Positions 39,019 to 51,000 of a stretch of 64,000 nt of DNA are shown piece after piece. Each line of letters starts with the position of its first letter. Position 1 is the first letter of the stretch. The notes under the pieces were generated by a model. It was given only the letters and a program-made list of their open reading frames with translations, was not told the DNA's origin and ran no database searches. Source of the DNA: Macrostomum lignano (lineage: Eukaryota); NCBI GenBank assembly GCA_002269645.1, contig NIVC01003920.1, forward strand, positions 1 through 64,000, in the 5' to 3' direction. The translations under genes were made by a program, and so were the position numbers.

Positions 39019-42000
39019 GTGATGCGGCACCAAAAAATTGTCTTTTTAGGCCTCTTCCTGCTCTGGCCAGTTGCTGGGGCGGCTCGACAAGCGGCTACCG
39101 TGCTCTGCATCATCTCTGACAAGGCTCCGTTCTCAGCCGACGCTGACTACTTCCGGTATGCTTTTGGCTACATCAACACTAACTTGAGCAGCCTGTTTCC
39201 CGAGGTGCAGTTCAACTACCAGCAAATTGTGACTGACGGGGTGAGAATCCCGCTATTCTACCTGCATGACTATTCATACTGTAAAGACTTCACTTTAGAT
39301 TGTAGAACGAAAATTGGGGGGGGGGTGCTTGCTATCTGGACAGATTGCAGAAACAGGTAAAAACACCACCCCCAAACACTGAATAAAGTACAAGCTAACA
39401 TCACTAACAAAAATCAACCCAGCCAAGTCACCACACTAATATTAGAAATGGCGAAATTTCAATGCGAACTCCGCACCGCAGGACAAGCTCGGCAGCGCGG
39501 CCAAGGCTCTGTTCGATGGCTACCTGAGCCCGCCCAACAAAGCTCTGCTCCTCGGACCGGCCTTCTCCCAGCAGGCGCAGATCGTGGCCGACATCGCCCA
39601 GTTCTACTACCTGCCGCAGGTGACTGCAGGGACGGCAGTCAAACAATTGTTGACGCCTTGATAGTATAGAAACTCCCCTATCAGAACATCGAGTTATTTA
39701 ACTCAGTTCCACTACAAGGTCCAAAGAAGGAGTGAAAATAAATCTCTGCTGTGTGTGGGCTCAGGGCCATAGACACCTGGGAACCACCACAGTAAGTTTA
39801 TTTTATAAAGTAGAGCAGAGCAGAATTTAAAGAAAGCCAAGAGGCCTAGAAGACGCTTGGCGTGAGCGCTCTGAAATATATCACTATTTTCCATTGGGTA
39901 TTGTATAATTAAATTGATGCAAAATGTGGGTATTATAAAAAGAAATAATGCCATTATATAAAATTAATTATGAGTACAAAACTCTCGCAATCGTCTGACA
40001 ACAACCGAATGACTCCGTCTCCTTAGTGCATACATAACAGTGGCGTCGCAAGCTTTTGGACTTAGTCAACTTGCGAGATATGTCGAAGTCACCAGGAAAA
40101 GTACCTGGTAAGACACCAGTGAAGTCTCCAGTGAAGATGCCAGCAATAGCTCCGAGCATGCTCTCACAGGATGCGACTTTGTCGAACCAAAGCAGCCGTC
40201 CAACGTCGGGAATGGCCGAAATAGAGCGATTGGACGAGAACTCTAGCCTGGAGCGATGGATGGATCGCTTCGAGATCGCGTCGAAGTTCTTCAACTGGAG
40301 CGCGACCGACAAGGCTCAGGTGCTGCTTTTGAGACTCGCACCGCAGCTGTTTGAAAAACTGGCGGACTATCTGGCGCCCAAAAAGCCTGGAGATAAGATA
40401 TTCGACGAGCTGAAAACAGCGCTGGAGGATATAATGCTGCCCAAAACGTACGTCCTTGCCGAAAGATTCAATTTTCAAAGTATAAGACGAGAACCAAACG
40501 AAACAGTGCGAGTGTTCTCCGAGCGATTGATCAAAGCGGCAGAAAAGTGTGAGTTTCAAAACAAAGACGAAAGACTGCGTGATCAGTTCATTTGCGGCCT
40601 AAACAACCAAGGCATTATTGGGAAGCTCATCGTCAAAGATCACAAGAAGCTCAGTTTTAAGGACGCAGCTAGCGAAGCAGAAGCGCATGCAAGTCTGTTG
40701 GAGACTCCTATTATGAAGAGTGCACCAAAAACTGATGCTGGGTCCATCTTAAAGGTCGATTTATCGAAGCCTAGAACCGTCGAAAAGAAGAGCAATCGGA
40801 CTCACGGAAAGGGTCTCGAGAAGGCGTGTCAAAAGTGTGGACGCGCACATGCCAGGATGCAGTGCCCAGCGTTTGGGAAAATTTGTAATAAGTGCGGTAA
40901 GCCTAATCATTTTGCGAAGGTCTGCAGAAATGGTGAGAGTAAAAGCAGGACATCAGGCGGAAATTCTGTACAACATGTAGCTGGGAGTGGAAACATTTTC
41001 GCGGCGGAAGCCCGAAGGTGTTGTCAGCGACAGCAGCCTCGAGAGCCGATTGCTATCACGGTGAAGATTCTCGAAGCAAACAGAGGGCATCCCATCCGTT
41101 GCGAGCTCGATACGGGAGCTGGAGTGTCGATCTTGTCAGAAGCCTTGTGGAACCAACTTGGTCGCCCAACTCTAAGACCTTCGGAAGTAAAGCTGGGAGG
41201 CTATGCGAGTGACCATACGTTTCAGGTATTGGGAAGGTATGAAGCGACTGTTGATATCGAAGGCGAATTTCGGACAATCAATTTTGAAGTTGTGAAAGGG
41301 AACAAGAGCTACGCTCTTCTTGGAAGGGACGTGCTTTGTGTCCATTTGGAATCAAGTCAGGCTGTGGGAGAGGCGGCACCTTGTGCATCTATGAAAGCGC
41401 ATCTAGAGTTAAAGGCGGGCGCGACACCGGAGCACATAAAGGCAAGGCCGTTGCCTTTTGCCCAACGTGAAGCTGTTCAGAGAGAGATAGATCGATTGCT
41501 CCAGGAGGGAATCATAGAGCCTGTACGTTTCGCAGAGTGGGCATCGCCTATTGTGGTCGTGCCGAAACAACGTGGAGGAATTCGGCTTTGCGTGGATTAC
41601 AAAAGGACTCTAAACCCGCAATTGGTACCTGACAGCTACCCGATGCCGACTCCGGAAGAGGCGTTTTCAGTAGTATCTGGCTGCAAGCGATACACGCTGC
41701 TCGACTTGGAGAAAGCCTACAATCAAATCGAGCTGGATGCCGGATCAAAGCCGCTAACAGTGATGTCAACACCATTTGGGAATTACCAATATAACAGACT
41801 AGTGTGCGGGATAAAAACGGCGCCGTCCATTTTCCAAAGATATATCTCAGAAGTAATTCAGGGAATTAATGGATCTATAGCCTACATAGATGATGTGTTG
41901 ATCGGTGGAAAGGATGAGGACGAGCTGTTGTCAAGAGAGGAGGAGGTTCTGCAGCGGCTGGAAGCAGAGGAACTGCGTGTAAATAAGGAGAAGTGCCAGC

Positions 42001-45000
42001 GGAATCAAAGCAGGATTCGGTTTTTGGGCCACATACTCGACAACGGCAACATTTACCCAGACGAAGAAAAAGTTCGTGCAATTAAAGACATGGAAGCGCC
42101 TAAAAACCTGGCTGAGCTAGAATAATTCCTGGGATTAGTGGCATTTTGCTCGCGGTTCATTCAGAATTTAGGTGACCTGACTGCTCCGCTGATGCAGCTG
42201 AAGCAAAAAAATGTACCCTTCGAGTGGGGACCGAAACAGAGCAAGGCGCTGGAAAACCTCAAAGCTTCAATATCTAGAGATGCGCAGCTAACGGCCTATG
42301 ATCCAGATCGGCCTGTGGAGCTCGAGGTCGATGCTTCGCAGAAGGCCCTGGGAGGAATTCTGAGCCAGGAGGGTCGTCCAGTGCTCTACATCAGCAAAAT
42401 ATTGTCGAAGGCTGAGCGAAACTACTCGCAGATAGAACGTGAGGCGTTGGCCATAGTTTGGGGTGTTCGCAGATGCCATCGATTCTTGTGTGGCAGGAAG
42501 TTTACGCTGGTTACCGACCACAAACCGCTGGTTTACATATTTGCCGTGGACAGCGAGCTACCTGCTCGTGTTTCAGCGAGATTGCAGCGTTGGTCGATTT
42601 TGCTTACGGCGTATGACTACGAAATCAAATATCGAAACACCAAGGCGATGTCATCAGATGCGTTGTCCAGACTAGTATCGCAGCATAAGAGTGAAGCAAC
42701 TTTGGAGATTGGAAATGTAAATTCTTTCTGCACGCTGTTGCCAACTGAAGAGATTGTAAAAGCAACTCGAGAATGCAACGAGATGCAGCGCTTGTTGAGT
42801 GCTGCATCTCGTTGCATTAGATGCATAGATCAGATCAGGAAGTTTCAAGTCACCGAAGCTACGAGCCTTCAAGCCGGTCCGAGATGAGCTCACAGTACAA
42901 GACGGTCTAATTCTTCGAGGTCATAGAGTAGGGATACCTCGATCACTGCGTTGTAAGACGATCGGAGTGGTTCACCAAGCACACCTGGGAATAGTCAAAT
43001 CTAAATCTCTGGCAAGAACTGAGCTCTGGTGGCCAGCGATGGACAAAGACTTGGAGAAAACCATTAGCAAGTGCCGGGTATGCCGATCAGCCAAACCACA
43101 AAATAGAGATTTTCGGACGCCCTGGCCGCAGGCTGCTGGGCCATGGCAGCGAGTTTATGCAGATTTTGCAGGACCAATTCAGAAACAGTACATCTTGGTG
43201 CTGGTAGACGCATACACTGGTTACCCAGAGATTTACATCGTTAATGACATGAAGTCGACCACAGTAATAGAGCGTCTCCGTCGAACGTTTTCCCAGTTCG
43301 GAGTACCACAAACTTTGGTTACCGACAACGGGCCGAGCTTTATGAGTTCTGAATTGAACCAGTGGCTCACGGAAATCGACTGCGAGCATCTTACTACGCC
43401 AGCATATCATCCGCAAAGCAACGGTGCGGCTGAACGGCTGGTAAGAACTGTGAAGGAGACAATAGAAGCAAACGGGTTCAGTCAGAAGACGATTGACCGT
43501 TTTTTTTGTTTTATCGAGCGTCGGCTGGCAGAAACGGTGTTTCACCTGCAGAGCAAATGTTTGCGAGAAGGATTCGGGTGCCGTTCACTGCTAGGCAGGT
43601 CGGTCTCGAGGAGCAGGTGATTTACAAGAACTTCCGAGATGCTGCGGTTCCGGCAAGAATTGTGCTACCGCTAGGAAGGAGCATGGCGCTCATCAAGACT
43701 GAGGAACAGAAGCCAGTCTACCGGAGGGCTCATCTGGATCAACTGAGGCCATGCACTGACTCTGATCAACAGCCTGGAGGGCAAACGGATCAGACGGCAG
43801 AGCAGTCCGATATCGACCAGCTGCCCAAGTCCGGGGAAGAGGGAGAGCCGGAGGACAAAGAGCATCTCCCACCGGAGGATCAAGGCCAGCCACGGCGCAG
43901 CTACCGACTGGCGCTAAAGCCACGAGTTGACTATAGATGCTGATGTTGGCTTGCATTGTCTATTCACTAACTTGCGCTACCCATTGTAAGGGGGAAGGTG
44001 CTGTGTGTGGGCTCAGTGGGCTCAGGGAACCACCACAGTAAGTTTATTTTATAAAGTAGAGCAGAGCAGAATTTAAAGAAAGCCAAGAGGCCTAGAAGAC
44101 GCTTGGCGTGAGCGCTCTGAAATATATGAGTACAAAACTCTCGCAATCGTCTGACAACAACCGAATGACTCCGTCTCCTTAGTGCATACATAACAATCTC
44201 GAATGACACAACTACAGAGTACGGATTGGGGCATCATCCATTGACACGAAAAAATAGCGGCAGGGTTGGTGGGGCGTTTCTCAAAACCATGAATTTCTAG
44301 GTTGGCTACTCAAAATAGTTCAATCAAATGCGATTTTTCGATTGTCTGAAGCGCAATGATGCCTGTGACCTTATGGTTTTGCTAAAAATGATGCTTACGA
44401 CAGGTTTTTTGGAAGAACTTTTCGTAACCTGAGCTGTCAAAGCGCTGGATTCGATTACAGCTTGAATCTTAGGCACATCGTATAGATATTAGCAAGTACT
44501 GACTTTCCAGCCTCAGGCAATCCTTGGTGTGCTAGAAGCAATAGTAAAATCGTATACCTCGTGAAGCTATAGTAAAATGAATAGGCCGTCACCTACGTCT
44601 CCGTCTCTCAAATAGGCCGTCATCGGCTCCGTCTCTCAAATAGGCCGTCATCGGCTTCGTCTTTCAAATAGGCCGTCACCCATGCCTCCGTCTCACGAAT
44701 AGGCTATCGCTCTTACCTCCTAGTGATGGCTGCAAAGGACAGCAGATGTTGCCAGTTGATTCTCGGTGAAGGGCAGCCCACGATTTTGATGGGGACCCGC
44801 AGATTGGCTACTCGAACACGATGCCGGAGCTGAGCGTGAAGTCCCAGTATCCCTACTTTGTCCGGCTGCCCACCAGCCCGAGCCAGTTCGTGCAGCCGGC
44901 GATCGAGCTTCTGCTGAGGTACCGCTGGAGCAGATTTGCACTGCTCACCACCGACTCGGAGACGGTCTACCATGTGAGTAACTTACTGCAGAATGCGGGT

Positions 45001-48000
45001 GCTGGATTTACCGCGGCAGAATAATTCCATGCAGTTGCTTTTGCCTTATCTGTCACTGGGACGATCATATTGCTACCCAAAGTCAGTTAATCGACCATTT
45101 TACTCGTATTTAACTTGAAATCAATTCAACATGAATGCAGCTGTGTGAGCAGGAACTGAGACTGAGTGATTGAGCTGCCGTGAATAAACCCCCGCAGACG
45201 TCCCAGGAGCTGGAGACCGCGCTCCAACGAAGAAACCTCACCAACTACCGGAAAGCGATTTACGGCCGCGATGCAACTGAGGTGATCGCCAGCTCGCTGG
45301 TACGGCTGGGGTTTTTAATTGCAACTTGATTCTCTGACGATTTTGCTCACGAACTGCAGCTCGAACCATTTCGCCCTTTTTTCAGCGCAACAACTATCGA
45401 GTTTTCGTGGTCGTTCGCGATGCTTCCGATGAGCTTCCCAGCAAGCGGCTCGAATGCATTGTAATTCTGGCTTGCAGTTTGACTTAATGAGGAACTGGGA
45501 GTAGCTAGGAATTGCTCAAGGGATTTTTATGATAAGTTAACGTGGCTTTTCAATTCACATCAGAGAGATTCGAAGATGACAATGGCTGGTCTTCAGAAAA
45601 AATCGGCTTCAACTGGAACTGTTAGGCCTCTTCACCTGGAAGCTTAACGAATACGAGCTAGAAACTTATAGAGATTTATCGTTCGATGACTCAATAAATG
45701 ACTGACTCGTGCACAATATTGAAATTTTTCTCTGAAGCCAATCCAGACATTTTTTCGTTCGAAATTGAGGTGCTCGTCGGAACCAAGGCACGGAGCACGG
45801 GGTATGAGGTTTCGAGGTACCCACGTTAATTAAATATCAAGGGGCTCATGAAAAATGTAATATTTTATTCTGGGCATAATCTTTTAGTGGTGACCTGGAA
45901 GTTTTTCGAGTATTAAATAATTCACAGATTTCTATTTACCCCGAGCAAAACATTTTGGTTCCATGCGGAAACAAATGTTAAAATTTCAAATTTCCAATTT
46001 CGAAAAAAAATTTGTCGTGACGCAATACTTGTGCCAAAATAGCATCTCGCTTAGAGCTTTTTCGGGCTCCTTGGCTCCATGTGAAAGGATCCCTGTGAAA
46101 AATACCTGAGCCAGGATTAGCGCTTCATTCCATTCATTCTTCTGTGATGAGAGCACATTGTGCGGTAGTCTTGTCAAAGTAACTGCCTCGATGGCACAAA
46201 CCCTGCAGATTTACAGCCTCAGGGCCTACGGCATGAAGTACTTCTGGATTCAATTGGGATTTCCGGACTCTGCCACAGCGTCGTCGCAGGACAGCTGCAC
46301 CGACTCGGAGCGGGCCCGGAGCCTTGAGGGCGCCGTGGAGTTCGACACGCCCGTCATGGAGCCCGGCCTGCCGGAGGCCCGGGTGGGCATCGCTGGCAAG
46401 GTGAGGCTCAGATGAGCAGCCATATTGACTGATTTATTCTTAATATAGAGTCAAAGCGTCCGGTACGCGAATTGCTGATCTCAAAGATAAAGCCAAACAC
46501 TTTTTGTTGCTGAAGTCTTATTGGAAGTTGAATTTTGTCTCAAAATTTCACAGGACTTTTGTTCAGGTCCTGTTCGAAAGCCCGAAAATAATCGCCTCCC
46601 TGCTCCCCATCAGCTGCTTCTGGTCGGCTCACAAAAACTATAAAGATCAAAAGAGATGGCAAATTATTGAAGGTTCTAATAAAGACTTACTTGACCTTCA
46701 ATGTTGTTCAACCTTGGTGAGTGTGAGCTTCAGAGAGGGTTTACCGGCTAGAAAGTACATCATGTTCCCAATCTGCAGACGCTGGGCCAGTTGTACGCCG
46801 ACTTCCTGGCCTCCAGACCGGCCGGGGCGAGCGCCACCCCGATAAAGTCGGTCTCCGGCTTCGACCTGCGCTTCGACGCCGCGATGGCGGCCGCTCTGGC
46901 TTTGAATTCCAGCCTGCAGACGGAGGCCTTCCAGGCCAGCCCACAGCTGGCGAACTCCAGCTTCAAGGCCCGCCTGTTCCGCAGCCTGCTGTCGCTGGAC
47001 TTTCTCGGACTGTCAGTGAGCGAAAGACCAAGGGGCATTCCGTTCCTTTGATTTCACTTGTGGCGGGTTAAATGCCAAGGAGCAAAAAAAATCATTACTG
47101 GATGCCTTGGAACAAATCCTGATATTTCATTGTTGTAAAGGTTTCAGAGCACCTTCTGACTGATGCGCCATTTTATTTTACATCCTAGACGATTAATTTT
47201 GGTGCACCAGAAAGACACCTGTATTACTAACTTCTTCCGGTACTGCTTCAACACAGGAAATACTACTTGTGCTTGCATTATTCTCTACCATTTACACAGT
47301 GCAGCTGGGATACCACAAAGGCTGTTTTATACACAAGCGAAGCAGACCTTACATTGGCCAAAAAACTGGATCGTCTAACAACATCCCGTCTACACCAATC
47401 CTCTCAGGGTCCAGTGAGGTTTGACCGGCGAGGGGACAGGCTGTCTCAAATTCGATTTTATCAGCTCAAAAGTGAGAACTGTTATTTTTGCTGCTATTTG
47501 CCACTGTAGGCTGTGTACCAAGTAGCAAGTAGGGAGCTAAAATATCTGCAATCCTATTTGCCACTGTAGGCTGTGTACCAAGTAGCAAGTGGGGAGCTAA
47601 AATATCTGCAATCCTATTTGCCACTGTAGGCTGTGTACCAAGTAGCAAGTGCGGAGCTAAAATATCTGCAATCCTATTTGCCACTGTGGACTGTGTACCA
47701 AGTAGCAAGTGGGGAGCTAAAATATCTGCAATCCTATTTGCCACTGTAGGCTGTGTACCAAGTAGCAAGTGGGGAGCTAAAATATCTGCAATCCTATTTG
47801 CCACTGTAGGCTGTGTACCAAGTAGCAAGTGCGGAGCTAAAATATCTGCAATCCTATTTGCCACTGTGGACTGTGTACCAAGTAGCAAGTGGGGAGCTAA
47901 AATATCTGCAATCCTATTTGCCACTGTAGGCTGTGTACCAAGTAGCAAGTGCGGAGCTAAAATATCTGCAATCCTATTTGCCACTGTAGGCTGTGTACCA

Positions 48001-51000
48001 AGTAGCAAGTGGGGAGCTAAAATATCTGCAATCCTATTTGCCACTGTAGGCTGTGTACCAAGTAGCAAGTGCGGAGCTAAAATATCTGCAATCCTATTTG
48101 CCACTGTAGGCTGTGTACCAAGTAGCAAGTGGGGAGCTAAAATATCTGCAATCCTATTTGCCACTGTAGGCTGTGTACCAAGTAGCAAGTGGGGAGCTAA
48201 AATATCTGCAATCTTATTTGTCACAGACCTCAAAAGAAACCTGGTTGCAACATTTGACCCAACTGAAGGCAACGTCACTTGGCTTGAGGACCTGTGGTTC
48301 ATCGGTGAGTTTCCTCTGGTTGGGGTGGCCGAGTATCACCTAATCAATACGTAAAGTCTAGCTCGTTTAATACATTATTTTCAATTTTAGCTCATAATTT
48401 ATTCTGTTGGAAATTCAGTCTGCTCGTTTGCTGAAAAGGCGATCTGCATCGAGAGAAGAGGTGCCGATTTCACTGATCCTGAGCGCAAGCACGCGCATAA
48501 ATAACTCATCCCCCTTGCAGTCTGAATCACGCACGCGCCAGTCTGAAGCGCAGATTTGCTGCCATGCACCCGCTAAGTCTAATGGGACGCGTTGTCCGCC
48601 ACACCTTTTTGACCCCTCCGTTTTCAATTCGCTGCAGTAGATGCTGCAGAAATTCACGTGCTGCCAAAAAGATTCGCATGCACTTTGCTTTCAAGAGTCC
48701 CATTCTGGCCCTCAATCCAGGCGGTCAGCCCCCATTGGACACCCCAGAAGTGATCATTGAGGACATCAGGCTCAGCCTTCCCGCCACGACTGCCATCGCG
48801 TCAATCTCATCGCTGGGCATGGCTCTGTCCGTGGCGGCGGTCGCTGTGAACGTTCACTACAGGGAGCTGCGCCTCATCAAGATGAGCAGCCCGCTGGTGA
48901 ACAATGTGATTGGCGCTGGCTGCCTTATGTGCTACGCCTCCTGCATAGTGATGGCCGCGAACTCGCACTGGTCTGTGAGCACCGCCCTGTGCTGGGCGCA
49001 GACGGCCCTGCTGACCCTCGGCTACTCCGCCGCCTTCGGCGCCATGCTGGCTAAAACCTGGTGGGTGCACCGCATCTTTGCGAACCTCAAGCTGCGCAAA
49101 GCGGTAAGTCAAGTTGCTTGAGCCCGACTGGGTAAATCTGAGATACCAAAAATTCCCGTTTACTTTTTGCGTGCAGCCCGTGCAGAGCCGGTACCTGCTG
49201 CTCTTCATCGTGGTGGTGGTGGTCGCTGACATTGTGCTCCTAGCACTGTGGGCCGGCCTGGACCCGTTGGCTTTGCAAGCTAGCGAGTATCTTGTTGAGG
49301 TGAGAATTGTACGAGTAATTTTGCATTGTAGCTCGTATATTGGAACCTTTGTTGCTGCGCTGAAGTGTGATCAGCTTCACGTCAGGTTGCACTTCCGTTA
49401 TTTTCGGACTTAGGAAAGTGACCAAAAATTTTGAGCTTATAAAAGGGACTGAGTTTCGAGCAGGTGAAACGTCCGGTGTGCAAAAGGCTAGCACCACTGG
49501 TGGCGAAAATTTCACACTTTCCAGGAGCGATCGGACGGGTCAACTCTGAGCGCCAGAATTCTGCTGTGCGCCAGCCGCAACCAAGCCGTCTGGCTGGGCG
49601 CCGAATTCGGAAAAAAGGGTGAGCTCACTGTCTCCGTGAAATCCTGCGCTGCTGCAGGCCATATAACATCATCCATCGAAACTATCTGCAGATTTTTATC
49701 AGGTGGATGTCGAGCCTGGGTCTAGGGGCGTTGGGACGCACAGAGTAGAGCCTGGGACTAGAGGCGCTGGGACACACAGAGTAGAGCCTGGGTCTAGGGG
49801 CGTTGGGATGCACAGAGTAGAGCCTGGGTCTAGAGGCGTTGGGACGCACTGAGTAGAGCCTGGGTCTAGAGGCGTTGGGACGCACTGAGTAGAGCCTGGG
49901 TCTAGAGGCGTTGGGACGCACTGAGTAGAGCCTGGATCTAGAGGCGTTGGGACGCACTGAGTAGAGCCTGAGACTAGAGGCGTTGGGACGCAATGAGTAG
50001 AGCCTGGGTCTAGGGGCGTTGGGATGCACAGAGTAGAGCCTGGGTCTAGAGGCGTTGGGACGCACTGAGTAGAGCCTGGGTCTAGAGGCGTTGGGACGCA
50101 CTGAGTAGAGCCTGGGTCTAGAGGCGTTGGGACGCACTGAGTAGAGCCTGGATCTAGAGGCGTTGGGACGCACTGAGTAGAGCCTGAGACTAGAGGCGTT
50201 GGGACGCAATGAGTAGAGCCTGGGACTAGAGGCGCTGAGACGCACTGAGTAGAGCCTGAGACTAGAGGCGCTGGGACGCAATGAGTAGAGCCTGGGACTA
50301 GAGGCGTTGGGACGCACTGAGTAGAGCCTGAGACTAGAGGCGTTGGGACGCACTGAGTAGAGCCTGAGACTAGAGGCGCTGAGACGCACTGAGTAGAGCC
50401 TGAGACTAGAGGCGTTGGGACGCACTGAGTAGAGCCTGAGACTAGAGGCGTTGGGACGCAATGAGTAGAGCCTGGGACTAGAGGCGTTGAGACGCACTGA
50501 GTAGAGCCTGGGTCTAGAGGCGTTGGGACGCACTGAGTAGAGCCTGGGTCTAGAGGCGTTGGGACGCACTGAGTAGAGCCTGGATCTAGAGGCGTTGGGA
50601 CGCACTGAGTAGAGCCTGGATCTAGAGGCGTTGGGACGCACTGAGTAGAGCCTGAGACTAGAGGCGTTGAGACGCAATGAGTAGAGCCTGGGACTAGAGG
50701 CGCTGAGACGCACTGAGTAGAGCCTGAGACTAGAGGCGTTGGGACGCACTGAGTAGAGCCTGAGACTAGAGGCGTTGGGACGCACTGAGTAGAGCCTGAG
50801 ACTAGAGGCGTTGGGACGCACTGAGTAGAGCCTGAGACTAGAGGCGTTGGGACGCACTGAGTAGAGCCTGAGACTAGAGGAGTTGGGACGCAATGAGTAG
50901 AGCCTGGGACTAGAGGCGTTGAGACGCACTGAGTAGAGCCTGGGTCTAGAGGCGTTGAGACGCACTGAGTAGAGCCTGGGTCTAGAGGCGTTGGGACGCA

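Noticed and set aside
47466-48302. 278-aa minus-strand repeat ORF (ANRIADILAPHLLLGTQPTV)
   Set aside because: Antisense reading of the 60-bp array.
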